Shown here: piece after piece, positions 8,422-18,962 of the stretch
How positions within the stretch are numbered: position 1 is the first letter of the stretch
Layout of the letters: each line of letters begins with the position of its first letter
Virus record (IMG/VR): IMGVR_UViG_3300037882_001949
Location: 1-60,816 of that record
Length of the DNA: 60,816 nt
Origin: a virus
Taxonomy: Duplodnaviria > Caudoviricetes
Strand: one strand, 5' to 3'
Position numbers and translations under genes: made by a program
Notes under the pieces: generated by a model
Told to the model about the DNA's origin: nothing
Seen by the model: only the letters and a program-made list of their open reading frames with translations
Database searches by the model: none

Positions 8422-11400
8422 TATTCACAATTATTTTCTAAATTAGGTAAATCCTTTGTATTATCAATCATTTTTTGTAAATCTTCAGCTTCTTTATCAG
8501 CAATATAATCCAATTCTTCTTGAGTTGTGGTATTATAAAATTCATTAATATCAAATGCTGGTTTATTTAAATCTTCAACTTTAACATCTGAATCTTCTTT
8601 AGAATTATTAAACTTTAAATATGATTTTTCAATATCTAAAGTAGGATTTATTTCTAAAACTGAAGCATTTTTACCTAACATAGTTATTTTTTCATATTTT
8701 AAAAAATCTATTTTCTTGTATAATTCTGGTTTTTTTGAAAATTTATCATAAACACTAATATACATAGGACTGTTAAATTCAATACCATCTTCAGTATAAA
8801 CTTTCCAAATCATATCATTATTTCTATTGCTAGAATCAACTAAGTCTTTATCTGTACTAATAGTACTAGGTAATGGTTTATCTTTTGTTAAACCAAACGT
8901 TTCTAAATCAAAAGTTTTAGTATAATTTCTAACATTGTTTCTAATTAATTGGTCTATTAGTCTTAACTTATTATCAATAATGACAGTTTTATCTTTAAAA
9001 CCATTAACTAAATCCTTCCTAACATTATTATAACCCAACTCTTTAGTTATTTCAGGACTAATTAATGTTGAATAACTGTTAATACCTTTAAAGAATCCTG
9101 TAGTTAAAAATGAATGTTTAATTAAATCAATAGCTAATTGTTTAGTATTATTATTTTTATATAATGCTGTAAACGATTGTATTATATTATTTTTAGTTTC
9201 CAAATCTAATCTATTACCTTTTAACCTTATTGTTGATATTTTATTTTGTTTATCAAAAACAACTTTTAATTGTCTTATAAATAAGTTATTTCTTATTTGA
9301 TTATAAGTTAAATTGTTTAATTTACTTTCTGAATTTATAGGACTATTAATACTATTAATTAAATTAGGTAATTCAATTAATAAATTATCATAATTATCAC
9401 TAATAGTATTTAATTCATTACTATAATAATCAGTATATGTTCTTATAAAATTATTAATATATTGTCTTTCTTCAACAGGTATCTCATATAATGATTTATT
9501 TGTTTGTAAAGATAATAATAATTTTTTAATATCAACATATTCTTTAGTAGAATAAGGAAAATATTGTTCAAACCACGATAAAGCTTCTTCGTGAATTTTC
9601 CATACAGATTTTAAACTAGGAATATTATTCAAATTAAAACCTTTTAATATATTTAAATTTGTAATATCACTTAATATCTCTTTTTTAGATAGTATATCTT
9701 CAATATTAGGACCAACTTCTTTATTTACAGCAAAGAACTTATTAACTTTATTTAATTCTTTAGCTATAGATTCTATATTCTTAAACTGATTTAATATTCT
9801 AACCTGATATGAATAATATTTTAATAATTCTTCAGGATTAGCTTTTTTAAATCTTAATTTATCTTTACCTTCAACAATATGACCTTTATATATATTATTA
9901 TCTTCAACTAAATATGTTTCTAAATATTCTAACATATCTGAAGATTTAATGTCTAACATATCAGGTGAACTATCATACATAGCTGTTATAAAGCTTTTAT
10001 ATTCAGGATTATCATTATCTTTAATATTATTAAGATTTTCATTAGCTAATTGAGTATAAGATTTTATTAAATTATCAACAGTATACCAACCTTCATTTCT
10101 ATCTTTAATTTTATTTTTATTACCTGATAATAACCTACTTAAATGTTTAATTGATGGTTGAGAAGTAAACATCAAAGCTGTTTCTATATCAACACCAGAC
10201 CTTATTATTGTTGCTAATACATCAATAGTATAATTATTAATACCTAATGGTTCTAATAAAGGATTCTTAATATCATCAAGAATAGCAGCCATTATACTAG
10301 CTAATTCATCAGCTATTAAATTACCGTTATCTGTATATAAACCACTAAAATTAGTTCTATTCTTACCATTAATATTAATACTTTTAGTTAAATCTAAAGA
10401 ACCATCTTCTAAGTAATCAGTACTATCTAAATTAGTTAATACACCATAAGAGTGTCCTGATACGTGTAAAGCAGCTTGACCTTTTAAAGCAATACCAATA
10501 TGATTTCTTTCTTTAAAATCTCTTTGTGTAATTGAACTAAAGAAATTTCTTTTGTTAAAATTACTAAAATACTTTTCTTTAAAATTTTCAATAACACTAA
10601 ATCCTGAAGGTGAAACAATTAAATTTAAATTGTTTAAACTTGTTAATAATTTTAAATAATTATCAACAATATTATTATTTCTACCAGATCTTGTATTCTG
10701 TTCATCAATAGTTAATTCTTGGAAATCTTCAAATGATATTCTATCCTTATTAGAAACTGTCTGACTATATTGGTAATACCTATCTCTAATAGCTTGGATA
10801 TTAGATTCTTCATTATATTTATAAAATATAAATTGATTATTTTCATCCTTAAAGAATTCCTTACCAAAGAAATATATTTTATCAAAGTCAAAGTCAGCAC
10901 CTAATTGTGTTGTAACTTCATAAGGTAATAATATAAAATTACCCATTGTTTCAGGTAAGAATTTAACTACCTTAATAGGTAACATACTATGTAAACCTTC
11001 TGTAGGAATACGATAAGCTATTAACACTCTTAATTCCTCAGGTATGTCATTAATATTAATTAAAGTACCATCTTTATTAAAGAATTGTTTAGTCCAACTA
11101 GGCATAGCACATTCAGCATATTCAATAGTACCATTTTCTTGATTAGGTTTAATCCACTTAAGTTCTTGTTGTAACAACTTAGCATCATTAGTTAAATTAA
11201 CTTGTTGTTCTTCTAAATTTCTAAATTTAAGACCTAAACTAGTAGCTTGTATTGCTGAACCACCAATATTAAATGATTGTTTAATAGCATTATTAGTATA
11301 AATACTACTAATCATATTCTCTATTTGTGTAGATAAAGTACCAGTATCTAAAGCATATTCAAAATCACCATTTTCAATATTTAAAGATTCTTGTACATTA

Positions 11401-14400
11401 ATAGTAGCTCCTCTTTTAGTAATCATATCTTTAATAAAATGAATAAAATTAACATTATTTTTAATATTCATCTTATCTTTTAATTCATTTAAAGATTGTT
11501 CATAGTTAATACTTTCCATTTTCATAATAGTATTAATTATATCAGAACCTTTAACATTATTATATTCTTTAGATTTATCAACAGAACCTAATATAAGCAT
11601 TTTTAATTGTCTCATAGAATCATTACCTTCATCCATATGGTCAGGATTATCTACTTGTACACCAAAATTATCAGTATTTAAGTCTAGTATCTGATATTCC
11701 GAGTTATTAGTAATATCATTTCTAAAACCAATAGCCGCTTTAAATGATGATTCATGAGCTAACATGTCAACATTAACTAATCTCATTTCTTCAAGTTTAT
11801 TCTTAAGTAATGGATTAATATCAACGTATTGCTTAAATAAAGGTAACATAGCGCACTTAACTTGTTCAAATCTTTGAATATTAAGTTCATTATCAAATCT
11901 ATTACCAAAGTAATATGGTTTAATACCACCTAATAATCTATGTAAAGATTCTTTAATATTACCTGTTTTAATACCCTCAGCAATATCATATGCTTCCTGC
12001 ATATCATTATTCCAAGTACCTCTGGCTACGTGTATTCTTTTGTATAATTCAGGAGTTATATATACTTGAGCATCAGTAACATTTATACCACTTTTATATT
12101 TACCAGCAATCTTTTCAATATCTTCATCATTAAAATCTTGTTGCTTTAAGGTTTCAACTAAACTGTCATATATTTCTGAACTAACCTCAACGTCTTTTAC
12201 AACAATAGTTTTAATAATTTTATTAGTAAAATTACCAAATACAGTCATTGCTTGACTTTGGTAAGTTCTTTTTTGTAAATCATTAGGTTTATATTGTGCA
12301 AAATCACCATTAAATATATTACTAAATTCAATGTTATGTAAATAAGTATTAGCACTAAAGTTAGCTATTAAACTAACTATTTGTCTATGTTCTAACTCAG
12401 GTGTATTAGTAATAATTGTTTCAACACCATCAACAGTTTCAATAATATTATCTAACTGTAATAATTTATTAACATATAGACCAGTATTATTATCTTTATA
12501 TATTAAACCTTTATCTTCTAATTCATTTAATGTATCTTTAAAATCTTTATTAATATCGTTATATAAAGCTGTTATAATACTTATTCTTTTATTTTCAAAT
12601 TGTTTTTCTAATTCTTCTATAGACATTTCAGTTTTAAGTATTTCTGAAAATTCATCTAGCATCTTATTATTAAAACCTATTGAAAAGTTATTAAATCTAT
12701 AAGCATTACCATCAAACATATTACTTATAGTATACCAATCATTATCAGTTAATTCATCTTTATTAATTAAATCTTTAAGTTTACCGTAATTCTTTTTAGA
12801 TACATGATAATGTTCAAGAAGCTGATTTAAGTTATACTTACCTTCTCCCTTATTAGTTAATATATCATTCTTAATAGAATTAGCTTTATTTATTCTAATA
12901 GCTTCACTTAAGAATACATTGTAAAACTTATTAAATATATCAGATTTACCAACATGAATATCAGTACCTTTCTCAGTAATACCTACAGTATATTTACTAG
13001 CATCAATTATAACACACATTGTTTTATCAGATGGTGTTAAATATATATATTTATTAGTTGCTCTTTTAATTGTTTTTTGTGAATCAGCTTTATTTTGAAA
13101 TAAAGATATTTGCATAGCCATAAAATCTTTAGGAGTCATATTGGTGAAAGTTGAACCTTCACCTGAACCTCTAAAATCTTTAAAACTATCAAGATATGTA
13201 ACTTTAAAATTATTCCTATAATCAATATTTTCAAGTTCTGATAATAAATTAGAATATTTATAAAAACCATCTTCAAGCATTTCTTTTTTATAATCTAAAA
13301 ATTTAGCTTTATTTTTAAATTTATTAACAGTTTTACTTATAAATGAAGGTAATTGAACTGTATATATATTTTTACCTTCACCATTTATAAAAGATGAAGT
13401 ATATTTATCAGTTAAAAAGTTAACTTCTTCATTAGATATATAAGATAAAGATTTTCTACCAGATTGTTCTAAATTTAAAGATAAACCTGAAGAATAATAC
13501 TTTAATAAAGTTGTTACATTATTTTTCCAAATATTACTATTATTTTTAATAATATTATCTAAAACAGAAGGTGAGTATTCTATACCAATTTTACTTAATA
13601 AAGGTATTAAAACCTTTTTATCGAGAGGTTTATTACTTTTAATAATGTTTTCCCAATCATTATATAACTTCTTAGCTTTATCGGTATTAATTATTTTATT
13701 ACCTTCAGAATCATACTTACCAATATTATCTTTAGATTCATCATAAACATTCTGTTCAAATTGATTATAAATTTCTCTTGATATAGTAGCTCTATTAGAA
13801 TCAATAATTTCATAAGTTACTTTACCTGTAGAACTATCAGTATTAAACTTAACCAAACTATAAGCTAGTTGTTGTTTACTAAAATTAGTTTTAAAATCAT
13901 TTCTGATGAGTTCAAATTGCTCATCTGTAATAAGAGATGATTTATTATTTAAAGTATCTATAACTTGCTCTAATGCATTATTATAAGGTATTAATTCCTT
14001 AAGAGTATCTAATTGTTCAGATAATTCATACTTATCTACTAAATTTCTTTCTATATAGTAATATAAAGATGTAAAATCATGATATAAAGGTATATTTAAA
14101 TTATCATGTACTTGTTTACCATCTTTAACAATAGGTATTGAAGATAAAAATAACTTTAACCTATTACTAGTAGAATTTAAACCACTAATACTTGTCCATT
14201 CACCTAAACCTTTAACAGTTTTAGATTCTAAACTATATATTTCATTATCCTCTATAACATCCTGATTTAAATTAGTTTCATATTCTAAAATACCTTCAGT
14301 TTGTATTTCAATCTCTTCTTTTATTTTATTATAACCTAATACTAAACCACTATTAACATTTCTATAAGAAAGAAACTTTTTAACTTCATCCCATAAATCA

Positions 14401-17400
14401 GGGAAATTAACAATTATTAAACCAGCTTCTTTTTCACTATTAGCATCTAATTTACCAGAAATTAATTGTTCTTTATAATGTTTTTGTATATTCTTTAGAA
14501 TACTATAAGAATCTGTTTTTAGATTGTTAAATGTATTTTGTTGATGTAAAGCTAAGAACCTATTACCTATTGTATTAACAATTCTTGTTTTATTAGAAAC
14601 ACCAAATTTACTATCTAACTTTTTAGAATAAGCATACTCATTGTATAAAGACTTGTTAGTTACAGAGTTAGATTTACTGTTTAATGTAGCTAACTTACCT
14701 TTATTAATATTTGAAAATAAATTATTTATGGTTGTGGTATCATTTGATTTAAATATTCTATATAAGTTGAATATTTTATTAAATAAATCTTTAATTTTAT
14801 TACCAAGTTTTGTCCAAAAAGTATTATCGTTTCTGTCATATGCATATTTTGCAAAATCATCTGCAAGTTGTTCTTCATAATATAAGTATGTTAATTGTTC
14901 TTTACTATATGTATTCTTTAAATCTTTCTGTAAATTATTTAAGTATTCTTCAGTAGGTTCAGGATATTTACTAACAGATTCATTAATTAAATCTTCACGC
15001 TGTTTAATTGTTAATAAGTTTCTAAATACACCATGAAATGACTCATGATAAGCTGTTTTCATACCAGCTCCTTCAAATAAATAAATTGTACTATCTCTAA
15101 ATAAACCAAAAGCATCTATTAAAGTATCTTGTAATTGATAAATACTTTTTACATCTGATAGTTTTAATTGAGGTAATTTATTATTAAGCCATTTATTAAA
15201 TTTAGTTCTATCTAATAAAGTTTTATCAAAACTTTGTGATAAAGCATCATTCTGATTTAAAGGTGTATCTAAATCAAGACTATTTAATTTATTTTTAACT
15301 TTCTCATCTAAAGAATTAACAGATTCATTTTCTGGTTGAATGGAAGTTAAATCTAATTTTTCTTTCTCAGTAATAACAGCAACTCCTAATGGTACATAAT
15401 TATTTTGTGTATATTCAACATAAGGTTGTACAAAATACTCACCTTCAAATGTTGTTGTATTTGTTAACAAAGTATTACGTTCAACTAATTGTTTTTGTAC
15501 ATCAACATTATTAATATTATTTTGACCAGTAATATTAATATTTTGTTTTAAAGATTTTAAACCATTTAAGAATATATTTCTCTTGTTAGTTTTAGATTCA
15601 AAATCATCCAATGTAATATTATTACCATTAGCCCAAAATTTAAGTTTACCATCTTCAAATTTAACAGTTAATGCAGCACCTCTTTTAGATTGTGAAGCAT
15701 ATATATAAGGTTGTAATAAAGATACAATTTCATTTAAAGGTGTATCATTAGTTAAACTTAATATAATTTTTGATATTTTATCAACAGTTATGTCTTCAAT
15801 ATTATTAGGATAAACTGGAATAGGACTCCATTCATTATTTAAATCTTTAACTAATTGAAATACTTTACCAGATTTACTAGTATAGTTATTTAATACACTT
15901 AATCTTTCATTTAAAGCGTTTATAGAAGCTTCTGATATATCAATGATAGGTAATGTTAATTTACCTTCAACATTACTATAAACAAAAATTAATTGATTTT
16001 CTAATTTATCTTTATCTCTAACATTAATTAAAGGATTAAACTGTAAATCAACTCTACCATCTTTGGTTAATTTAGTATATAAATTACCAGTACCTTTATT
16101 CAGAACTTTTTCTTCAACAATTTCATTATTATCAAGTTTATTAATAACAGCTTTCCTATAAAAAATTAAACCTTCTCTTATTCTTTTAGATAATTCAGGA
16201 TTTTTAGAATTATTATCTATAAGATGAGGTTGTTGTACAAAACCTATAAGTTGATTATTACGATAAATACCTATATGTTTACCATCAAAATCTTTTAAGT
16301 TAGTATATAAGTCATTAATTTCTTTAGATACTTCAACAAACTTAAGTTGTAAAACATCACCTTTATTTAATCTGTTTAGTGTGTTAATATTCAAATTAGA
16401 ATTATTATCCAATTTAGGATAACCTTCTTCATTTCTTACAAATTTAAAAATACCATCTTCTATAACATGTGAAAATAAATGAGTCATTAAAACATTATTC
16501 TTAAGATTTAATGTCTTATTTTCAATATTATTGTTAGTAATTTCAGAATTAGTTATTAATTGATTATTTTCAGATATGATATCTTGTAAATTATCAGCTT
16601 CAACATTATAAATAGTACCTAACAACTCTGATAGTTTAGGTAATTTATTTTTAGAATCTTCAATAGATTTAAGTTCTTTAATTCTATCTTCAATATGTTT
16701 TTGATTGTTTATAAAGAATTGTTGTTCACTATCATCTTTAAATGATGTGTTACCTGATTTAATATTATCGGCAAATAAATTTATCAAATCATTTAATTCT
16801 TTATTTTTTAATTTTAAAGATTCTTTTTGTTCTTTATTTAAGTAAGGATTATCTTTTAAACTATTATTTATAGTATTAAACTCATCAAGTGTATTAGTAT
16901 CTAAAGCAGCTACTAAATCAGTATTAACTTCATCGCTAATTTCAGATTCAGCAATTTGTTCTTTGGTTATAGTTTCAGGTTCATTAGCCTTTAATCTATC
17001 TTGTATATCTTTTTCTATAGATTTTTTATTATTAACAAAAGAAGTTAATGCTTCAATTTGTTTATCGGTATCCTTTAATGAATTATATTTATCTTTAGAT
17101 TCATCAAGTAATTTATATAAACCATCAATTTGTTTTTGATATTTAGTTATTTGTATTTGATTTTGAGGAATATCATTAAATATTACAGAGTTGTATTTAG
17201 ATAACTTATTATTTAAATCTTGTATTTGCTCTTTGTAAAATACTTGTTTAGATACTTCTTGAAAAGCAGCATTAAACATTTTATCAAGGTATTCTTCATA
17301 ACCTTTTATGCCTTCTAAAGATTTAACAGATTCAAATTCACTAACAATACTCATAGTATCATTATATAAATCTAATAATTGTTTAGCTTTCTGTTTTTTT

Positions 17401-18962
17401 TCAGTTATAAATTTATTTTCTTCAGATTTATCTGTATTATTTATTTTTTCAGAAACCTCACTAGATTTATCTATTTTATCATTAAGTATTTCTAAACCAA
17501 CATCACCTAATTTAAAAAAGGGTATAGCTGACCTTGTAAATATTTTATTATCTAAATAATTATATAATATTTCATTATCATCTAAAGCTGATAAATCTCT
17601 TATCTTGCTTTCTGTAATTTCATTTATAAAATCTTCAGTAGATTCTCTTAACTTAGTAGGGTTGATATTAGTTTGTACATCATTATCATCTCTATCATAT
17701 ATTTCATTATCAACACTAAATCCTTCAAAATTATCTTTTATAAGTTGAGATATAATATTAAAATTCTTAGTACGATATTCCTGTTTAGCTTGTCTTTCTT
17801 TATATTCACCAGAAACACCACCTATACTACCTAACACAGAACCTAGAACAATTGATTTAAGACCATCTGTAGTATTCAAAGTATTAAGATATTCATTAGC
17901 TACACCTTCAATAAAACCTAATTCAGTTTTACCTAAAGATTTATTAACCTCATAATTTTCAATAGATGTTTGACCACCTTCTTCAATTAATCCCTCAGAT
18001 ACAGATGAACCCAATATTGATTTAGAATAATCTCTAAGAGTATTTTTCTTAATAACAGGATTCTCCATTAACTTACCTGAAGCATCTTTAAATTCATCAA
18101 GCATTGATTTATCAGCATTATATCTACCTAATAAGTTTTTATTCATTACTGCATTAGGTAATATTAACAAAGCCATATTACTATAAAAAGTTTCTTTTGA
18201 AGCTCTAGCTATTTCTTCAGGAGAAGCTCCTTCAGATTTAAGTCTATCTCCAACACCTTTAGCTTCAGCTAATGATTCAATAGAAGTATTTAAAAGAGTT
18301 TGTGAGCCTAATTCTATATTATTAGCTGTCTCAGCACCTAAACCTAATTTAGATATCTTAGAAGCCATATTTAAGCTTTTTAAAGCTATTCCTGGACCCA
18401 TCATACCTAATAAATAACCAACACCATCTGCTCCATCACTAGACCAGAAAGAAGTACTTGATATATTATCTAATATACCACCTGTACCTGCTTTATAAGA
18501 TTTATAAACAGGTAATTCAGTTTTAATATTTTCATCAAATGATTCAAGACTATTTAACCAAACATTGTCTAAAGCTTCATTTAAAGTAATACCTTCACCA
18601 TCTTTACTAATATTATCTAAAGACCATTCACCTAATGAATATAAGTAAGCAGGTGTTTTAGCAAATTCAATACCTGCTTTCTCAGTAGCTCTTAATACAC
18701 CTAAACCAAGTTGTGTTAATCCTGATTGTTTTTCACCTCTTATATATTCATATTTACCTGAAGAAATATCTTCAGATTGTGTTTTACCAACCTCATCATA
18801 TTTAGAATCACCAAAGTCTGTATTACCAAATTGATTTTGTATAGGAGAACTTACTAAATCCTGATTAGCAGAATTTTCTAAACCTTTATAAGGCTTAACA
18901 GGTAAGTTATAATAACTTGGTAAACCATCAATTTTTATTTCTTTATCTTTATTATCTGGCAT
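8421..18962 (-). CDS. Giant virion-packaged RNA polymerase polyprotein (crAss-like vRNAP)
   Basis: 3513 aa; catalytic QLGADFDFDK (~10880-10900) preceded by YRIPTEG; NVTDAQVYITP; zincin AYHESFHGVF; Gly/Ala-rich hydrophobic N-terminal helices. Confidence 0.9.
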   Translation of the reverse strand: MPDNKDKEIKIDGLPSYYNLPVKPYKGLENSANQDLVSSPIQNQFGNTDFGDSKYDEVGKTQSEDISSGKYEYIRGEKQSGLTQLGLGVLRATEKAGIEFAKTPAYLYSLGEWSLDNISKDGEGITLNEALDNVWLNSLESFDENIKTELPVYKSYKAGTGGILDNISSTSFWSSDGADGVGYLLGMMGPGIALKSLNMASKISKLGLGAETANNIELGSQTLLNTSIESLAEAKGVGDRLKSEGASPEEIARASKETFYSNMALLILPNAVMNKNLLGRYNADKSMLDEFKDASGKLMENPVIKKNTLRDYSKSILGSSVSEGLIEEGGQTSIENYEVNKSLGKTELGFIEGVANEYLNTLNTTDGLKSIVLGSVLGSIGGVSGEYKERQAKQEYRTKNFNIISQLIKDNFEGFSVDNEIYDRDDNDVQTNINPTKLRESTEDFINEITESKIRDLSALDDNEILYNYLDNKIFTRSAIPFFKLGDVGLEILNDKIDKSSEVSEKINNTDKSEENKFITEKKQKAKQLLDLYNDTMSIVSEFESVKSLEGIKGYEEYLDKMFNAAFQEVSKQVFYKEQIQDLNNKLSKYNSVIFNDIPQNQIQITKYQKQIDGLYKLLDESKDKYNSLKDTDKQIEALTSFVNNKKSIEKDIQDRLKANEPETITKEQIAESEISDEVNTDLVAALDTNTLDEFNTINNSLKDNPYLNKEQKESLKLKNKELNDLINLFADNIKSGNTSFKDDSEQQFFINNQKHIEDRIKELKSIEDSKNKLPKLSELLGTIYNVEADNLQDIISENNQLITNSEITNNNIENKTLNLKNNVLMTHLFSHVIEDGIFKFVRNEEGYPKLDNNSNLNINTLNRLNKGDVLQLKFVEVSKEINDLYTNLKDFDGKHIGIYRNNQLIGFVQQPHLIDNNSKNPELSKRIREGLIFYRKAVINKLDNNEIVEEKVLNKGTGNLYTKLTKDGRVDLQFNPLINVRDKDKLENQLIFVYSNVEGKLTLPIIDISEASINALNERLSVLNNYTSKSGKVFQLVKDLNNEWSPIPVYPNNIEDITVDKISKIILSLTNDTPLNEIVSLLQPYIYASQSKRGAALTVKFEDGKLKFWANGNNITLDDFESKTNKRNIFLNGLKSLKQNINITGQNNINNVDVQKQLVERNTLLTNTTTFEGEYFVQPYVEYTQNNYVPLGVAVITEKEKLDLTSIQPENESVNSLDEKVKNKLNSLDLDTPLNQNDALSQSFDKTLLDRTKFNKWLNNKLPQLKLSDVKSIYQLQDTLIDAFGLFRDSTIYLFEGAGMKTAYHESFHGVFRNLLTIKQREDLINESVSKYPEPTEEYLNNLQKDLKNTYSKEQLTYLYYEEQLADDFAKYAYDRNDNTFWTKLGNKIKDLFNKIFNLYRIFKSNDTTTINNLFSNINKGKLATLNSKSNSVTNKSLYNEYAYSKKLDSKFGVSNKTRIVNTIGNRFLALHQQNTFNNLKTDSYSILKNIQKHYKEQLISGKLDANSEKEAGLIIVNFPDLWDEVKKFLSYRNVNSGLVLGYNKIKEEIEIQTEGILEYETNLNQDVIEDNEIYSLESKTVKGLGEWTSISGLNSTSNRLKLFLSSIPIVKDGKQVHDNLNIPLYHDFTSLYYYIERNLVDKYELSEQLDTLKELIPYNNALEQVIDTLNNKSSLITDEQFELIRNDFKTNFSKQQLAYSLVKFNTDSSTGKVTYEIIDSNRATISREIYNQFEQNVYDESKDNIGKYDSEGNKIINTDKAKKLYNDWENIIKSNKPLDKKVLIPLLSKIGIEYSPSVLDNIIKNNSNIWKNNVTTLLKYYSSGLSLNLEQSGRKSLSYISNEEVNFLTDKYTSSFINGEGKNIYTVQLPSFISKTVNKFKNKAKFLDYKKEMLEDGFYKYSNLLSELENIDYRNNFKVTYLDSFKDFRGSGEGSTFTNMTPKDFMAMQISLFQNKADSQKTIKRATNKYIYLTPSDKTMCVIIDASKYTVGITEKGTDIHVGKSDIFNKFYNVFLSEAIRINKANSIKNDILTNKGEGKYNLNQLLEHYHVSKKNYGKLKDLINKDELTDNDWYTISNMFDGNAYRFNNFSIGFNNKMLDEFSEILKTEMSIEELEKQFENKRISIITALYNDINKDFKDTLNELEDKGLIYKDNNTGLYVNKLLQLDNIIETVDGVETIITNTPELEHRQIVSLIANFSANTYLHNIEFSNIFNGDFAQYKPNDLQKRTYQSQAMTVFGNFTNKIIKTIVVKDVEVSSEIYDSLVETLKQQDFNDEDIEKIAGKYKSGINVTDAQVYITPELYKRIHVARGTWNNDMQEAYDIAEGIKTGNIKESLHRLLGGIKPYYFGNRFDNELNIQRFEQVKCAMLPLFKQYVDINPLLKNKLEEMRLVNVDMLAHESSFKAAIGFRNDITNNSEYQILDLNTDNFGVQVDNPDHMDEGNDSMRQLKMLILGSVDKSKEYNNVKGSDIINTIMKMESINYEQSLNELKDKMNIKNNVNFIHFIKDMITKRGATINVQESLNIENGDFEYALDTGTLSTQIENMISSIYTNNAIKQSFNIGGSAIQATSLGLKFRNLEEQQVNLTNDAKLLQQELKWIKPNQENGTIEYAECAMPSWTKQFFNKDGTLININDIPEELRVLIAYRIPTEGLHSMLPIKVVKFLPETMGNFILLPYEVTTQLGADFDFDKIYFFGKEFFKDENNQFIFYKYNEESNIQAIRDRYYQYSQTVSNKDRISFEDFQELTIDEQNTRSGRNNNIVDNYLKLLTSLNNLNLIVSPSGFSVIENFKEKYFSNFNKRNFFSSITQRDFKERNHIGIALKGQAALHVSGHSYGVLTNLDSTDYLEDGSLDLTKSININGKNRTNFSGLYTDNGNLIADELASIMAAILDDIKNPLLEPLGINNYTIDVLATIIRSGVDIETALMFTSQPSIKHLSRLLSGNKNKIKDRNEGWYTVDNLIKSYTQLANENLNNIKDNDNPEYKSFITAMYDSSPDMLDIKSSDMLEYLETYLVEDNNIYKGHIVEGKDKLRFKKANPEELLKYYSYQVRILNQFKNIESIAKELNKVNKFFAVNKEVGPNIEDILSKKEILSDITNLNILKGFNLNNIPSLKSVWKIHEEALSWFEQYFPYSTKEYVDIKKLLLSLQTNKSLYEIPVEERQYINNFIRTYTDYYSNELNTISDNYDNLLIELPNLINSINSPINSESKLNNLTYNQIRNNLFIRQLKVVFDKQNKISTIRLKGNRLDLETKNNIIQSFTALYKNNNTKQLAIDLIKHSFLTTGFFKGINSYSTLISPEITKELGYNNVRKDLVNGFKDKTVIIDNKLRLIDQLIRNNVRNYTKTFDLETFGLTKDKPLPSTISTDKDLVDSSNRNNDMIWKVYTEDGIEFNSPMYISVYDKFSKKPELYKKIDFLKYEKITMLGKNASVLEINPTLDIEKSYLKFNNSKEDSDVKVEDLNKPAFDINEFYNTTTQEELDYIADKEAEDLQKMIDNTKDLPNLENNCE

